Shown: positions 1 through 10,398, numbered from the stretch's first letter. The stretch is DNA of 64,000 nt from Lysobacterales bacterium (GCA_026988115.1 JALSLV010000008.1:2924-66923), one strand, 5' to 3'. A program made the numbers and translations. Notes: a model not told the origin generated them from the letters alone.

Positions 1-826
1 TGTCCTTAATGCCAAAATTAAAGTTAATGCCCATGCTCTCAAAAGGCATAAAAGGCAGAGTAAATTTAAAGGTTAACAAAGTGGCAAATAAAGTAATGAT
101 GCCAAAACTAATCGTTGCTAGAAGTTTCCCTGTTAACAAATAGGAACGCTTGATTGGATTAAGCAACAAGGATTCCAGTGAATTGCGTTCTTTTTCACCC
201 GCCATAGTGTCAATAGCGAGGTACATGCTACCCATAAACAATCCCATAATGAGAAAGTAAGGCAAAAAGGCCAAGGCTTGAGCTCCTTTTGATTCGGCCG
301 TAGAGACATCATGGTCTTCAATTGTTACGGCTTGCAATAGGGAAGGACTAATTCCGCGTAATTGTAAGCGTATCATACCAATTGAACGGGAATAACTTTT
401 GATTAAGGACTTAATTCTTTTTTGGGTTATATTGGTCGCCCCTTTTGCTGTGGCATCGTAGTACAGCTGAATCTCTGCTGGTATTCCCGATTCAAATTTT
501 TCTGCAAAATTCGATGGGATGACTAAAATTGCTTCTTTGTCCTTATCCAGAATGGCTTTTTTTGCATCACCAGAAAAACTGCTGACCTTAGCTCCTTGAG
601 ATTTAACAAAAGTAATAAAGCTCTTGGCATTATTGATGCCGTTCACATGCAACTCCAACTGTTTTTCTGCCTTATCTTTCATCATGCCACTAACGGCATT
701 CATCATAACAACCAGTAAAATAGGCCCAAAAATAGCACCCATGAATATCGAAGACATGACCGTCTTTTTGTCCCTTAGGTTGTCCTTAATTTCTTTAAAC
801 ATGACAGTTAATATTTGCTTATTCAT
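1..826 (-). CDS. ABC-2 type transporter permease (NatB-like), C-terminal part cut by window edge
   Basis: Absent from the ORF track because it runs off the left edge. My translation from the ATG at 826..824 gives MNKQILTVMFKEIKDNLRDKKTVMSSIFMGAIFGPILLVV..., with later hydrophobic segments. Its ATG overlaps the stop of the upstream ABC ATPase by 8 nt (ATGAATAA). Confidence 0.7.
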   Translation of the reverse strand, partial: MNKQILTVMFKEIKDNLRDKKTVMSSIFMGAIFGPILLVVMMNAVSGMMKDKAEKQLELHVNGINNAKSFITFVKSQGAKVSSFSGDAKKAILDKDKEAILVIPSNFAEKFESGIPAEIQLYYDATAKGATNITQKRIKSLIKSYSRSIGMIRLQLRGISPSLLQAVTIEDHDVSTAESKGAQALAFLPYFLIMGLFMGSMYLAIDTMAGEKERNSLESLLLNPIKRSYLLTGKLLATISFGIITLFATLLTFKFTLPFMPFESMGINFNFGIKD

Positions 827-1550
827 GGTCTTCTCCTGCGGTTACAATATGCACAAAAGCATCTTCGAGGTTACTTTTTTCTGTTTGCTGTTGCAGTTCT
901 AATTGCGTTCCTTGTGCTGCGATTGTTCCATCACTAACAATTAAAATTTCATCACTTACCGCTGCGACTTCTTGCATCACGTGGGATGAAAACAAGATGC
1001 ATTTCCCTCGTTGTTTTTCTTTTTTAAGAAAGCGTCTAACGCCACGGGTACTCATGACGTCTAGTCCATTGGTTGGCTCATCAAGAATTATGTTTTGTGG
1101 GTCATGCACCAATGCCCGAGCAATAGCAACTTTAACGCGTTGTCCTTGAGAAAACCCATCGGTTTTGCGATCAATAAATTCATGCATACGCAAATCTTCT
1201 ACCAATGCTTCTGTACGCGTTTTTATATCGGCATCACTCATGCCATGTAATTTGCCGAAATATTCAATGTTTTCACGTGCGGTTAAACGTTTATACAACC
1301 CTCTTGTATCAGGTAAAACGCCCAACAGTTTGCGCGCTTTTTCTGGGTGTTCTTTGGGATTAACCCCATCAATCAATATTTCACCTGTTTGTGGAGTTAT
1401 CAATGCATAAATCATTCGCAATGTCGTGGTTTTACCCGCGCCATTGGCTCCAAGCAATGCGGTTACTTGGTGATCAGGTGCGGTAAATGTAACTTCTTTG
1501 ACTGCTTTGACATCGCCAAAACTCTTGCTGACTGCTTTTACTTCTATCAT
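819..1550 (-). CDS. ABC transporter ATP-binding protein (NatA-like)
   Basis: 243-aa ORF with Walker A GANGAGKTT, a signature-like FSQGQRVKV and Walker B IILDEPTNGLD. It is translationally coupled to the flanking genes. Confidence 0.9.
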   Translation of the reverse strand: MIEVKAVSKSFGDVKAVKEVTFTAPDHQVTALLGANGAGKTTTLRMIYALITPQTGEILIDGVNPKEHPEKARKLLGVLPDTRGLYKRLTARENIEYFGKLHGMSDADIKTRTEALVEDLRMHEFIDRKTDGFSQGQRVKVAIARALVHDPQNIILDEPTNGLDVMSTRGVRRFLKKEKQRGKCILFSSHVMQEVAAVSDEILIVSDGTIAAQGTQLELQQQTEKSNLEDAFVHIVTAGEDHE

Positions 1551-2980
1551 TGTTTTGGCCCCATCATGTTAATAAAAAACGGTTCATAATTAAAATCACT
1601 CAAGCATTCTGTTTTCAGTTCGCCTTCAGGTTTATCGATAAACTGGGTGATGATTTTTGGCATACAACCAGCAGGAAAAACATTGTGCCCTTGCCCTTTG
1701 GCAATTAAATGCTGCGAATGCGACAAAGTTTTCATGGTGATTTCTGCAAACTCTGGCGGTGTCACAGGATCCAATTCCCCAGACAGCAATAAAAAGGGCA
1801 AATCTGAAACCACAGGTTCTTTAAAGCTGGCATCACTATTAACATGAGGCCAGACATCGCAACTCTTTTGCGTTTTTTCTAAAAAGTCTTTTCCAAAAAT
1901 AGTGTTGTCGTTGGCATCTTCAATGCGATAAAAAGGCACATCTTCACCACAAACAATTGATAACTCCACATTAGTCATGCCTTCTTGTAACATGGAACCA
2001 ATGGCATTTGCCTGTGCCGCAAGGGTTTCATAGTGACCATGGTTGGCTTTTGAAATCATCAAAGGCAAAAGAACCATTGTTTTTGCGGAATAAGAAAACA
2101 TTCTTATGGCAATGGCGAGTGATTGCTTGCTTAAGGTGACATCTTCGTAATCACCGGTCATGAAATTTTGCAGTTTTATGACGGGTTTATTGGCTTTAAC
2201 CTTTTCAAAAAGTTGCCACATTTGTTCTTCAACATCACCAAAAGCTTCACGACAGGCTTGTTGCTTTTGGCATTGTTCAAACTGTTTTCGCAAGGCATTA
2301 ATGAGGTTTTTTTCATGCGATTGGGCTAAAGCTTCTTGCTGAGGCACAACGCCATCAAGAATTACTGAACGAATGGCATCAGGAAACATCTTGACATAAG
2401 TTAGGGCTTTTCGAGTGCCGTAAGAAATGCCAAGTAAATTCCACTTATCAATTGAAAGGGCTTTTCTGACTTCTTCTAAATCTTTAATGGACTCGGTGGT
2501 GGTGTAAAAACGCGTATCTGCATCGAGTTTATCCACACACTCCATCAAGGCAGGAATATACAAAGATTCGTCTTCTAACAGTTTTTCTTGTAAGGATTCA
2601 TCAAAATCGCATTTTAACGGGTTAGACTTGCCCGTTCCACGTTGATCAACAAGCACCACATCGCGGTCTTTTAAAATGCCAACAAAAGCAGGATAAACAC
2701 CAGCATAAGATTCAACAGCCGATTGTCCTGGTCCTCCTGCCAACATAATAACGGCGTCGGTTTTCTTTTTTATTGATTTACTGCGAATAATGGCAATATT
2801 CAAGTCAATCATGCGAGACGGGTTTTCTCGATTTTCGGCCACAGATAAAATGCCACATTCGGCTTTAACTTTGTTGGTGCTGTTTTGTGCACCAATTCTG
2901 CACTCGGTTAATTCTATGGCACAAACCTGTATGCCAAAAAACAGTGCACTGATTGAAACGGCTAGTTTTATTTTTTTCAT
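1547..2980 (-). CDS. secreted alpha/beta hydrolase (S33 prolyl/tripeptidyl aminopeptidase-like)
   Basis: The ORF spans 1547..3031. I prefer the ATG at 2980, which has AAGGGA just upstream and gives a signal-like MKKIKLAVSISALFFG. It has a GISYG nucleophile elbow (GxSxG). It overlaps the downstream ABC ATPase start by 4 nt. Confidence 0.75.
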   Translation of the reverse strand: MKKIKLAVSISALFFGIQVCAIELTECRIGAQNSTNKVKAECGILSVAENRENPSRMIDLNIAIIRSKSIKKKTDAVIMLAGGPGQSAVESYAGVYPAFVGILKDRDVVLVDQRGTGKSNPLKCDFDESLQEKLLEDESLYIPALMECVDKLDADTRFYTTTESIKDLEEVRKALSIDKWNLLGISYGTRKALTYVKMFPDAIRSVILDGVVPQQEALAQSHEKNLINALRKQFEQCQKQQACREAFGDVEEQMWQLFEKVKANKPVIKLQNFMTGDYEDVTLSKQSLAIAIRMFSYSAKTMVLLPLMISKANHGHYETLAAQANAIGSMLQEGMTNVELSIVCGEDVPFYRIEDANDNTIFGKDFLEKTQKSCDVWPHVNSDASFKEPVVSDLPFLLLSGELDPVTPPEFAEITMKTLSHSQHLIAKGQGHNVFPAGCMPKIITQFIDKPEGELKTECLSDFNYEPFFINMMGPKQ

Positions 2981-3039
2981 TGTTCCCTTACTTGGTTTTT
3001 TACTCAGGGATATTATGCCAAATTTAAACAAACAAGACA

Positions 3040-3063
3040 GTGCTAATAGTCACTATTTAGCAC
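3040..3063. promoter_or_regulatory. near-perfect palindrome in the divergent hydrolase/modA promoter region (candidate ModE-type operator)
   Basis: GTGCTAATAG-TCA-CTATTTAGCAC lies 35 nt upstream of the modA ATG. GTGCTAAAA is repeated directly after it. Confidence 0.3.
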
Positions 3064-3097
3064 ATGTGCTAAAATCATTAAATTTAACAATAGTTTA

Positions 3098-3835
3098 ATG
3101 ACACATAGTATTCGATATTTTCTTCTGATAAGTTTTTTTCTAAGTCTTAATGCATGCAATAGCCAAAAAGAGGTGATAAATATTGCGGTTGCCAGTAATT
3201 TTGAAAAAACTCTAGAAGTCATTATTAAACATTTTAAGCAAAAGCATCCCGATAGTAATGTTAATATTATCTCAGGTGCTTCTGGAGTACTCACCAATCA
3301 GATCTTAAATAATGCACCCTTTGATTTGTTTTTGTCTGCAGATATTAAAAAGCCTCAAATTATTTTTAACAAAACCCCTTCACTAACTAAGCCTGTTGTT
3401 TATGCAGTAGGGCAGTTGGCGCTATGGATACCTGAGAGTAAAGAACGTAATCGTTGTATTAATGTATTGAGCAAGGTTGAAACTTTAGTTATAGCTAACT
3501 CCAAAACAGCTCCTTATGGTGCAGTTTCGGAAAAAATATTAACAAATCATGTAATTAAGATTGAAAAAACCATTCATGCTGCCAATATTGCTCAATCTTT
3601 TCTGTATACAAAAAACAAATTTGCCGAGGCTGGTTTTGTTGCCTACTCAATGCTAAAAGGCAATGATGAAGGCTGCCAACAAATTTTTCAACACCGAGAA
3701 TTAAGCCAATCGATGATTTTATTAACGGATAAAGCCAAGGGCATCTACGATTTTATTCTCTCTGGAGAAATTCAGAAACTTATTGAAGAATCAGGCTATA
3801 ATACGGTAAATTTAGAAAGGTCTGTTGCCAAATAA
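3098..3835 (+). CDS. modA: molybdate ABC transporter substrate-binding protein
   Basis: 245-aa ORF with a lipoprotein-like N-terminus (LSLNAC). It has the ModA-like INIAVASNF...ISGASGVL...DLFLSAD pattern and is followed by modB and modC. Confidence 0.85.
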   Translation: MTHSIRYFLLISFFLSLNACNSQKEVINIAVASNFEKTLEVIIKHFKQKHPDSNVNIISGASGVLTNQILNNAPFDLFLSADIKKPQIIFNKTPSLTKPVVYAVGQLALWIPESKERNRCINVLSKVETLVIANSKTAPYGAVSEKILTNHVIKIEKTIHAANIAQSFLYTKNKFAEAGFVAYSMLKGNDEGCQQIFQHRELSQSMILLTDKAKGIYDFILSGEIQKLIEESGYNTVNLERSVAK

Positions 3836-4510
3836 ATGATGTCTATTGATTTAACTTCTTTGTGGCTTAGTTTTAAGCTTGCCACCATCACCGTGATTAT
3901 ACTGCTTATTGTTGGTATACCACTTGCAAAGTGGTTGGCATTTTCAAAACATAAATCGGTGCCATTTGTCACTTCAATTGTGGTGTTGCCACTGGTGTTG
4001 CCGCCAACGGTCTTGGGTTTTTATTTGTTGGGTCTTATGCGCAATGATTCGTGGTTGGGTTCTTTATTTATCCAATTAACGGACTCTCAACTTATCTTTA
4101 GTTTTACTGGGCTGGTTATTGCTTCGGTTGTCTACTCTTTGCCTTTTGTGGTGCAACCCATGGTTAATACCTTTAATAATATTGGTGAAGATACGGTTAA
4201 AACAGCACAATCCATTGGTGCCGACAAACGCACAATCTTTTGGAAAATCATCTTACCTTTATCAAAAAAAGGCATTATCTCAGCTTCCATACTAGGCTTT
4301 GTTCACACACTTGGAGAATTTGGCGTGGTGTTAATGGTCGGTGGTAATATTCCCAATCAAACCCGAGTGGTGTCAATTGAAATATTTAATCATGTTGAGA
4401 ACTTGGAGCTGCAACAAGCCAATCAACTGTCATTAATTTTACTTGTTATTTCATTTGCCGTTATCTTGTGGATGAATTTTAACAATAAAAACACGCCAAT
4501 ACTCACATGA
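3836..4510 (+). CDS. modB: molybdate ABC transporter permease
   Basis: 224-aa multi-TM ORF that abuts the modA stop and overlaps modC by 4 nt. It has the topology of a binding-protein-dependent transport inner-membrane component. Confidence 0.85.
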   Translation: MMSIDLTSLWLSFKLATITVIILLIVGIPLAKWLAFSKHKSVPFVTSIVVLPLVLPPTVLGFYLLGLMRNDSWLGSLFIQLTDSQLIFSFTGLVIASVVYSLPFVVQPMVNTFNNIGEDTVKTAQSIGADKRTIFWKIILPLSKKGIISASILGFVHTLGEFGVVLMVGGNIPNQTRVVSIEIFNHVENLELQQANQLSLILLVISFAVILWMNFNNKNTPILT

Positions 4511-5430
4511 AAATTGCCATCACTTCAAAAAGGCTCAATTACCGTTACCAAATAGAATGTGCTGATAAGGGCATAGTTGGTGTTTATGGCATTTCTGGCA
4601 GTGGTAAATCCAGTTTGCTCGATGCCATTGCGGGTTATCATGAAGACAGGCTTGGAATAGTTGAATACAATAATAAAGAACTCAAAGGCATAATTAAGTG
4701 TTGTTACATGAGCCAACACCCCATACTCTTTGCTCACTGGACGGTTGAGGAAAACCTTCAATTTGCCTTAACTCATGCCAGTCAAAACTCCAAGGATAAA
4801 GATCAATTAGTGCAACGCCTTGGTTGTGAAAAATTATTAAAAATGTACCCAAATCAACTCTCAGGTGGAGAAAAACAACGCATTGCCTTTGTGCGAGCCT
4901 TGTTGCAAATTGAGGAGAACAGCTTAGTTTTGCTTGACGAACCGTTTTCCGCTTTGGATAAAAAAATGCGAAAAATTGCTTTGGATTTGCTTGAGCAATA
5001 CAAACAAAGCTGTTTGATTTTATTAGTAACGCATGAAATAGCAGAGCTGTATCAAGTAGCCGATGCATTGCTGTACTTAAAAAACAGTACGGTAAGTTAT
5101 CAAAACAGCATTGAGATGGCAATGGCAAGTGGTCATGACTCATTACCCGTTGCAAGCACAGTCACCATTGATGGGCAGCCACGGATTGTTTTTGCTGAAG
5201 ATGTCAGCATTGCCTTGCAAAAACACCCCGAATCCAGCATATCTTACCAACTGGAATCTGACATTACGGCTTTACAAACGCAAACGAATGTGACTCTTGT
5301 AAAATTAAGCTACAGCAATGAGGAACAATTTATTTACGCCCGATTAATGACAGACTCCATAAAAAAGTTAAACCTATTTGCTGGCAAAAAAGTCTTTGCC
5401 TGTTTTAAATGTTCAAATTTTATGGATTAA
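4507..5430 (+). CDS. modC: molybdate ABC transporter ATP-binding protein
   Basis: 307 aa with Walker A GISGSGKSS, signature LSGGEKQR and Walker B LLDEPFSALD. A C-terminal extension is consistent with a TOBE-type domain. Confidence 0.85.
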   Translation: MKIAITSKRLNYRYQIECADKGIVGVYGISGSGKSSLLDAIAGYHEDRLGIVEYNNKELKGIIKCCYMSQHPILFAHWTVEENLQFALTHASQNSKDKDQLVQRLGCEKLLKMYPNQLSGGEKQRIAFVRALLQIEENSLVLLDEPFSALDKKMRKIALDLLEQYKQSCLILLVTHEIAELYQVADALLYLKNSTVSYQNSIEMAMASGHDSLPVASTVTIDGQPRIVFAEDVSIALQKHPESSISYQLESDITALQTQTNVTLVKLSYSNEEQFIYARLMTDSIKKLNLFAGKKVFACFKCSNFMD

Positions 5431-5466
5431 CCCTTTTCCCAAATCCCGATACAGAAAAAACATTTC

Positions 5467-6243
5467 CTATTTGATAACAAATGCCGCTTTCTTTTTACGC
5501 ACGGGTGGAGAAACGTATTTTTCTCGCCTGATTTGTGAAACTGGCATTCCTGCTTCTTTGAGTAATCCAAAAGCTTCATCAACCATAGCAGGGTTTCCGC
5601 AGAGATAGGCCACATCGTTTTCGCTATCGAATGTAACCGTTTCAAGGTAAGTCTGAACGTGACCTTCAAAATCTAATTGCGTAGCATTATTTAATTTTGC
5701 TCGGCTCAAACAACTGATGTAATGGTAATTTTCCATCTCTTTGGCATTTTTGCGAAATTCATCAGCGTATAACAACCCCGACTCATCACGCGCCCCCATA
5801 ACAACATAAACTTCGGCATCATCGTTTTTAATGCGAGATTTCAATTCATTGGTCATGGCACGATAAGGTGTTACACCAGTACCTGTTGCCACAAGAAAAT
5901 AGCGTTTGAATTTATCATCGGTCAGGCAAAAACGTCCATAAGGGGCACTGGCTTTTATCACATCGCCCACTTTCATGGCAGATAAACCAACCGTAGCCAA
6001 GCCACCTTTAACCCATGAAACAGCTAGTTCAATGGTGTTTATGATGTCGGTATTACTTTTAAGGACATTTGCAACCGAATAGGAGCGAAACACTTCTTGA
6101 CCATCTTGCTCAAACAATAGGCGGATAAATTGCCCCGCAGTTAACTCCAGCGATTGATTATCAAGAAGGTTAAATTCAAAGTGCACGGTGTTGTCATTTA
6201 GCTCGGTGCAAGAGGTCAATTTCAAAGTGAAATTTTCAGCCAT
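5467..6243 (-). CDS. fpr: ferredoxin-NADP+ reductase-like FAD/NAD(P)-binding oxidoreductase
   Basis: 258 aa with the FAD motif RSYSVAN and the NAD(P) motif VATGTGVTP. Length is typical of bacterial Fpr. Confidence 0.75.
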   Translation of the reverse strand: MAENFTLKLTSCTELNDNTVHFEFNLLDNQSLELTAGQFIRLLFEQDGQEVFRSYSVANVLKSNTDIINTIELAVSWVKGGLATVGLSAMKVGDVIKASAPYGRFCLTDDKFKRYFLVATGTGVTPYRAMTNELKSRIKNDDAEVYVVMGARDESGLLYADEFRKNAKEMENYHYISCLSRAKLNNATQLDFEGHVQTYLETVTFDSENDVAYLCGNPAMVDEAFGLLKEAGMPVSQIRREKYVSPPVRKKKAAFVIK

Positions 6244-6301
6244 TGGTGTATCTCTAGAAAAATAATTGCTTCATTTTAATTCAGCGTGATAAAATAGTAA
6301 A

Positions 6302-7315
6302 ATGAATAAACAAACCATCCTCTTTTTAGACAACACTTACCCTAAAGCTTACCAATTATCTACCTTGAAACAACAAGCTCTCGGTGGCACCGAGTCCAGT
6401 GTGGTCAAAACAGCGTTAATATTATCTCAAAAGTACAACGTTATCGTTGCCCAGAAATTTCGAGATAAAGTACATACAGAAAACGACAGCCTTTGCTTTA
6501 TTCCAAAAAGTAAGATGGATAAAACCAAGCCAGATTTTATCGTGGTGCTGCGCAAATACCCTTTATTAAAAGACTTGCACCAACAATTTCCACAGGCGAA
6601 ATTGTTTTTGTGGTTACACACTTACAAAAACACCGAATACGTCTTTAAAAGAATGGGATTATCCAAAACAAACACCACCCTAGTTTGCAATTCAAAAACT
6701 CACGCAATACACACGGCACAAATTTTAAACAATTCATTTTTAGGTTCTCTGTTTTCATTATTTTCAAATAAGACCAAAGTGGCTTATTGTTACAACCCGA
6801 TTGCTAAACCTGATAAACCACCCATTAAACGCGACATCAATAAATTACTGTTCTTTTCATCACCAAACAAAGGTTTAAAACAAGTGGTAAAAAGCTTCAA
6901 TGCGATTAATAAAAAATTACCCGATTTACGGCTTTATATCGCCAACCCAGGTTATAAGGACGATAAAAGTATTGAATTAAATAAAAATATAATAGTTTTA
7001 GGCAGTTTGCCGCATCAACAAATGATGCAGCATGTCGCCGAATCTTTGTGCGTGTTTTATCCACAGGATTCTTTTGCCGAAACTTTTGGTCTCATTTATG
7101 CCGAAGCCAATGCACTTGGTACACCCGTATTGGCGCATGATATAGGTGCTGCGCGAGAGATTTTACATTCAAACAATAAATTAATTGATGCCAATGATAT
7201 TCAACAAATAGAAAAGACGATTGTTTCGTGGCAACAAGACTTCCCCAAAGTTGAATACAACAAAAAATTTAATTATGAAAATATTCTTCAGCAGTGGCAG
7301 AGAGTTTTACAATAA
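6302..7315 (+). CDS. glycosyltransferase family 1/4-like
   Basis: 337 aa. The C-terminal ETFGLIYAEANALGTPVLAHDIGAAREIL matches the GT-B EX7E region. Confidence 0.7.
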   Translation: MNKQTILFLDNTYPKAYQLSTLKQQALGGTESSVVKTALILSQKYNVIVAQKFRDKVHTENDSLCFIPKSKMDKTKPDFIVVLRKYPLLKDLHQQFPQAKLFLWLHTYKNTEYVFKRMGLSKTNTTLVCNSKTHAIHTAQILNNSFLGSLFSLFSNKTKVAYCYNPIAKPDKPPIKRDINKLLFFSSPNKGLKQVVKSFNAINKKLPDLRLYIANPGYKDDKSIELNKNIIVLGSLPHQQMMQHVAESLCVFYPQDSFAETFGLIYAEANALGTPVLAHDIGAAREILHSNNKLIDANDIQQIEKTIVSWQQDFPKVEYNKKFNYENILQQWQRVLQ

Positions 7316-8080
7316 CCCAACTTCTTTAATTTTATTTACGTAAGTTCGTGAAACGGGCACTTCTTTGCCATTTTCTAAGACTAAAATCACATTGCGTCCA
7401 TTCTTTTTTACCCGTTCAACTGCATCACGAGCCACCCACCATGAGCGGTGCACTTGCAGCCCATCATAGTCGGCTAATTCCACCAAGGCATCCTTCATGC
7501 GCATCAATAGCATGTGTTCTCCTTTTGCAGTAGTGACGTTGAGGTAATGATCTTCCATAACAAAACAATGCAATTCGTCCCCAAGTTGATGTGGTAAACG
7601 GTCAAGAAAAGTTTTTCCTGCCTTTACTTTGGGCACTTCACTCACTTTTTGGGTATCTTCTGCTTCAATATTTTTGTGAAACTGGGAAGAAATAAAGGTG
7701 ACAATTAAACCCACTAAAAACACTTGAGGGAAAAAGGTTAAAAATTGACCGATGGTACTTCCAGGCATTTTAAAAAATAGTGAAGTAAAGGCTTGTAAAC
7801 ATAGAGTTAGTAATAGAGCTGAGACCAATGAAGGCACGATAAATTTAATCAGTTTGTGGATTTTCTTTTCAGCAAAATACCACTCGGTAAATTTATAAGT
7901 ATGGTAATAGATAAAATAACCCAAAAACAATGAAACAGTCCAATAGACCATTCGGCTCACAAGTGGCATGGAAAAACTACCAAAAGGGCCAAGGTAACCA
8001 ATAACCAATCCCAAAACAGCAATAAAAGACAATGTCAAAAGGCTTGGTAGCTTGATTTGGTAACGTTTTTTTAGGTTCAT
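7307..8080 (-). CDS. membrane-anchored LytTR-domain DNA-binding protein
   Basis: 257 aa with about four N-terminal TM helices. The C-terminus is LytTR-like (LQVHRSWWVARDAV...ENGKEVPVSRTY). Confidence 0.7.
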   Translation of the reverse strand: MNLKKRYQIKLPSLLTLSFIAVLGLVIGYLGPFGSFSMPLVSRMVYWTVSLFLGYFIYYHTYKFTEWYFAEKKIHKLIKFIVPSLVSALLLTLCLQAFTSLFFKMPGSTIGQFLTFFPQVFLVGLIVTFISSQFHKNIEAEDTQKVSEVPKVKAGKTFLDRLPHQLGDELHCFVMEDHYLNVTTAKGEHMLLMRMKDALVELADYDGLQVHRSWWVARDAVERVKKNGRNVILVLENGKEVPVSRTYVNKIKEVGLL

Positions 8081-8225
8081 TTCACGACTCGTGTGTTGCG
8101 TGGCCCAATAAAACTGTGGGTATTGACGAAGTAATCACAACAGTCCACGAAACCAGGCTCGATTTAAAAATTAAAGTTTATACAATTTGTTCTATGAAAT
8201 CAATTAACCTTTTAGGAGAAAAACC

Positions 8226-8657
8226 ATGAAAACAAGAAATTTAATTAAAACAACTATAGCTTTGAGTCTTTTCAGTCTAAATATTCTTGCTGCCAACCTT
8301 AATGTCACGATAGATAAAGTTAATTCAAATGAAGGCAAAATCTTGGCACAGATATTTAAAGGCAAAGAAAATTATAAAAATGGCAAGCCTGAATCCAGTT
8401 TAATAGTGCCTGCAAAAAAAGGTAAAAACAGTTTCTTATTTCAAAATTTATCACAAGGAGAATATGCCGTTCGTTTGTTTCATGATATGAATGACAATAA
8501 TGACTTAGACACCAATGTTTTTGGAATGCCCACAGAGGGTTATGGCTTTTCAAACCAAGCTGTTGGTAATTTTGGACCACCAAAATATAAAGACATGATT
8601 GTTATTATTGGCAAAGATACTAAAGCTGCTGACACTAAAGTTAAAATGATTTATTAA
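8226..8657 (+). CDS. DUF2141-like periplasmic protein
   Basis: 143 aa with a signal peptide. It carries the DMNDNNDLDTNVFGMPTEGYGFSN motif typical of DUF2141. Confidence 0.65.
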   Translation: MKTRNLIKTTIALSLFSLNILAANLNVTIDKVNSNEGKILAQIFKGKENYKNGKPESSLIVPAKKGKNSFLFQNLSQGEYAVRLFHDMNDNNDLDTNVFGMPTEGYGFSNQAVGNFGPPKYKDMIVIIGKDTKAADTKVKMIY

Positions 8658-8668
8658 GGGTGACTACA

Positions 8669-10153
8669 ATGAATCGAAGAGAATTTATCCAGTCTTTAGC
8701 CGTTTTAGGAATTACGGCTTCTCACTTACCAACTGCATTGTTGGCAAGTAATAACAAAACTTGGAAACAGAAATATGAAACTGCATTAAAGTTTGATCCA
8801 CGTCTGATTGGGCATCAAAATTATACACAAGAAAGGCAAGCAAAGTCACTTTTTATCGAAGGTGGGTTTCCAAAAGATTTTAGTGGTACATTTTACCGCA
8901 ATGGCCCAGCTTTGTTAGAAAGAGCAGACGTGCGACAAAAGCACTTGTTTGATGGTGATGGCATGATTCATGCCTTTAAGTTTGAAAACGGCAATGTTTC
9001 ATTTAAGAATAAGTTTGTGCAAACTTACAAATACCAAAAAGAACAAAAAGCTGGGCGATTTCTCTATGATTTATCTGACCTCGGTCTAAAAACCCCTGAA
9101 TCCGTAACCAGTGCAGATACCATCAATAATGCCAACACCAACATATTGCCAGTAGGAGATGAAATCTGGGCATTATGGGAAGCGGGTTCTGCTTATGGCA
9201 TGCATCCAGAGACATTAGAGACAAAAGGTGCTATTACGTTAAATACACAACTCAAAGGCGCCCCCTTTTCAGCTCATCCCAAAATAGATGCCGACGGTAC
9301 TATTTGGAACTTTGGTTTGGATTACTCCTCAGGTCAAATCATTGTTTACAAACTTAATCCAAAAGGTGTAATGCAAAAATTTGGCATAGTTAAAACAGAT
9401 TACCACGCGATGTTACATGATTTTCTTATCACCGATAAACATATTTTACTTGTTCTTCCATCATTAAGAGTCAATCCCAAAGGCAAGGGGTTTGCTGCAC
9501 AACAACAATTTGATGAAAACCGTTCTTTGCGAGTATTAGTAGTCGACAAAAATGATTTTAGTTTAAAAGCGACTCATGAGTTCCCTGCTTGTTTCTTGTT
9601 TCATTTTGGTAATGCATGGGAAGAAAAAGATGGCACAATCCGATTTGATGGTTGTCGATATCCTAATTTAGAAGTCTTAAATCGTATGGAAAACATCATG
9701 CAAGGTGACACCTTTTTGATGAAAGATACCATTAGTCAAACCGTTATTTTTACTATATATCCTGATGGCAAGACCAAGCAAGAGGCCTTTGCAGGTTCAA
9801 CCGAGTTTCCGCGTATTTACCCTGCGTTGACTGGTAAAAGAAATGAAAAAATATTCACCATCGGTGATACAAAAAATGCACAATGGGCTGATTCTATTCG
9901 CTCCATGAGTATTGATACAGGAAAAATTGATCAGTACGTTTATGGTGAAGATTACCTTGTTGAAGAACATGTATTGATAGAAAAGCCCAAGCAAAAAGGT
10001 GGATATTTAATCGGCACCGCATTGAATTGGAAAAAACAACAAAGCTGTGTCTCTCTATTTGATGCCGAAAACATCAAAGCAGGACCATTGGCTCGTGCAT
10101 GGCTTGAATTTCATATTCCTCTGGGTTTTCATGGTAATTTTAAGATGTCTTAA
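8669..10153 (+). CDS. carotenoid/apocarotenoid oxygenase family protein with Tat signal
   Basis: The ORF starts at 8660 (GTG), but I prefer the ATG at 8669. It has the twin-arginine motif NRREFIQSLAVLG. His-containing motifs (HAF, SAHPK, MLHDF, FHFGNAW) are spaced as in carotenoid cleavage dioxygenases. Confidence 0.75.
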   Translation: MNRREFIQSLAVLGITASHLPTALLASNNKTWKQKYETALKFDPRLIGHQNYTQERQAKSLFIEGGFPKDFSGTFYRNGPALLERADVRQKHLFDGDGMIHAFKFENGNVSFKNKFVQTYKYQKEQKAGRFLYDLSDLGLKTPESVTSADTINNANTNILPVGDEIWALWEAGSAYGMHPETLETKGAITLNTQLKGAPFSAHPKIDADGTIWNFGLDYSSGQIIVYKLNPKGVMQKFGIVKTDYHAMLHDFLITDKHILLVLPSLRVNPKGKGFAAQQQFDENRSLRVLVVDKNDFSLKATHEFPACFLFHFGNAWEEKDGTIRFDGCRYPNLEVLNRMENIMQGDTFLMKDTISQTVIFTIYPDGKTKQEAFAGSTEFPRIYPALTGKRNEKIFTIGDTKNAQWADSIRSMSIDTGKIDQYVYGEDYLVEEHVLIEKPKQKGGYLIGTALNWKKQQSCVSLFDAENIKAGPLARAWLEFHIPLGFHGNFKMS

Positions 10154-10398
10154 AGCACTAAACGCAAATCCCAAGCATCAATCCAGTTGACTTGGGGTTT
10201 GAAACAGATCTAAGTTATTAAAAAGCATCAATTTGTATTACTCTATCCCTAGCCTGAACATTTCATACAAGTGGCATAAAACTGGCTCTTCACCGCTTAT
10301 GTGAGTAAAAAAAGGATACGAGTTCAAACTTAACTCGTTGTATTATAAGGTTTCTAACAACTTTATATATTTAACTTTACTCTTTATTAACGTAACGC

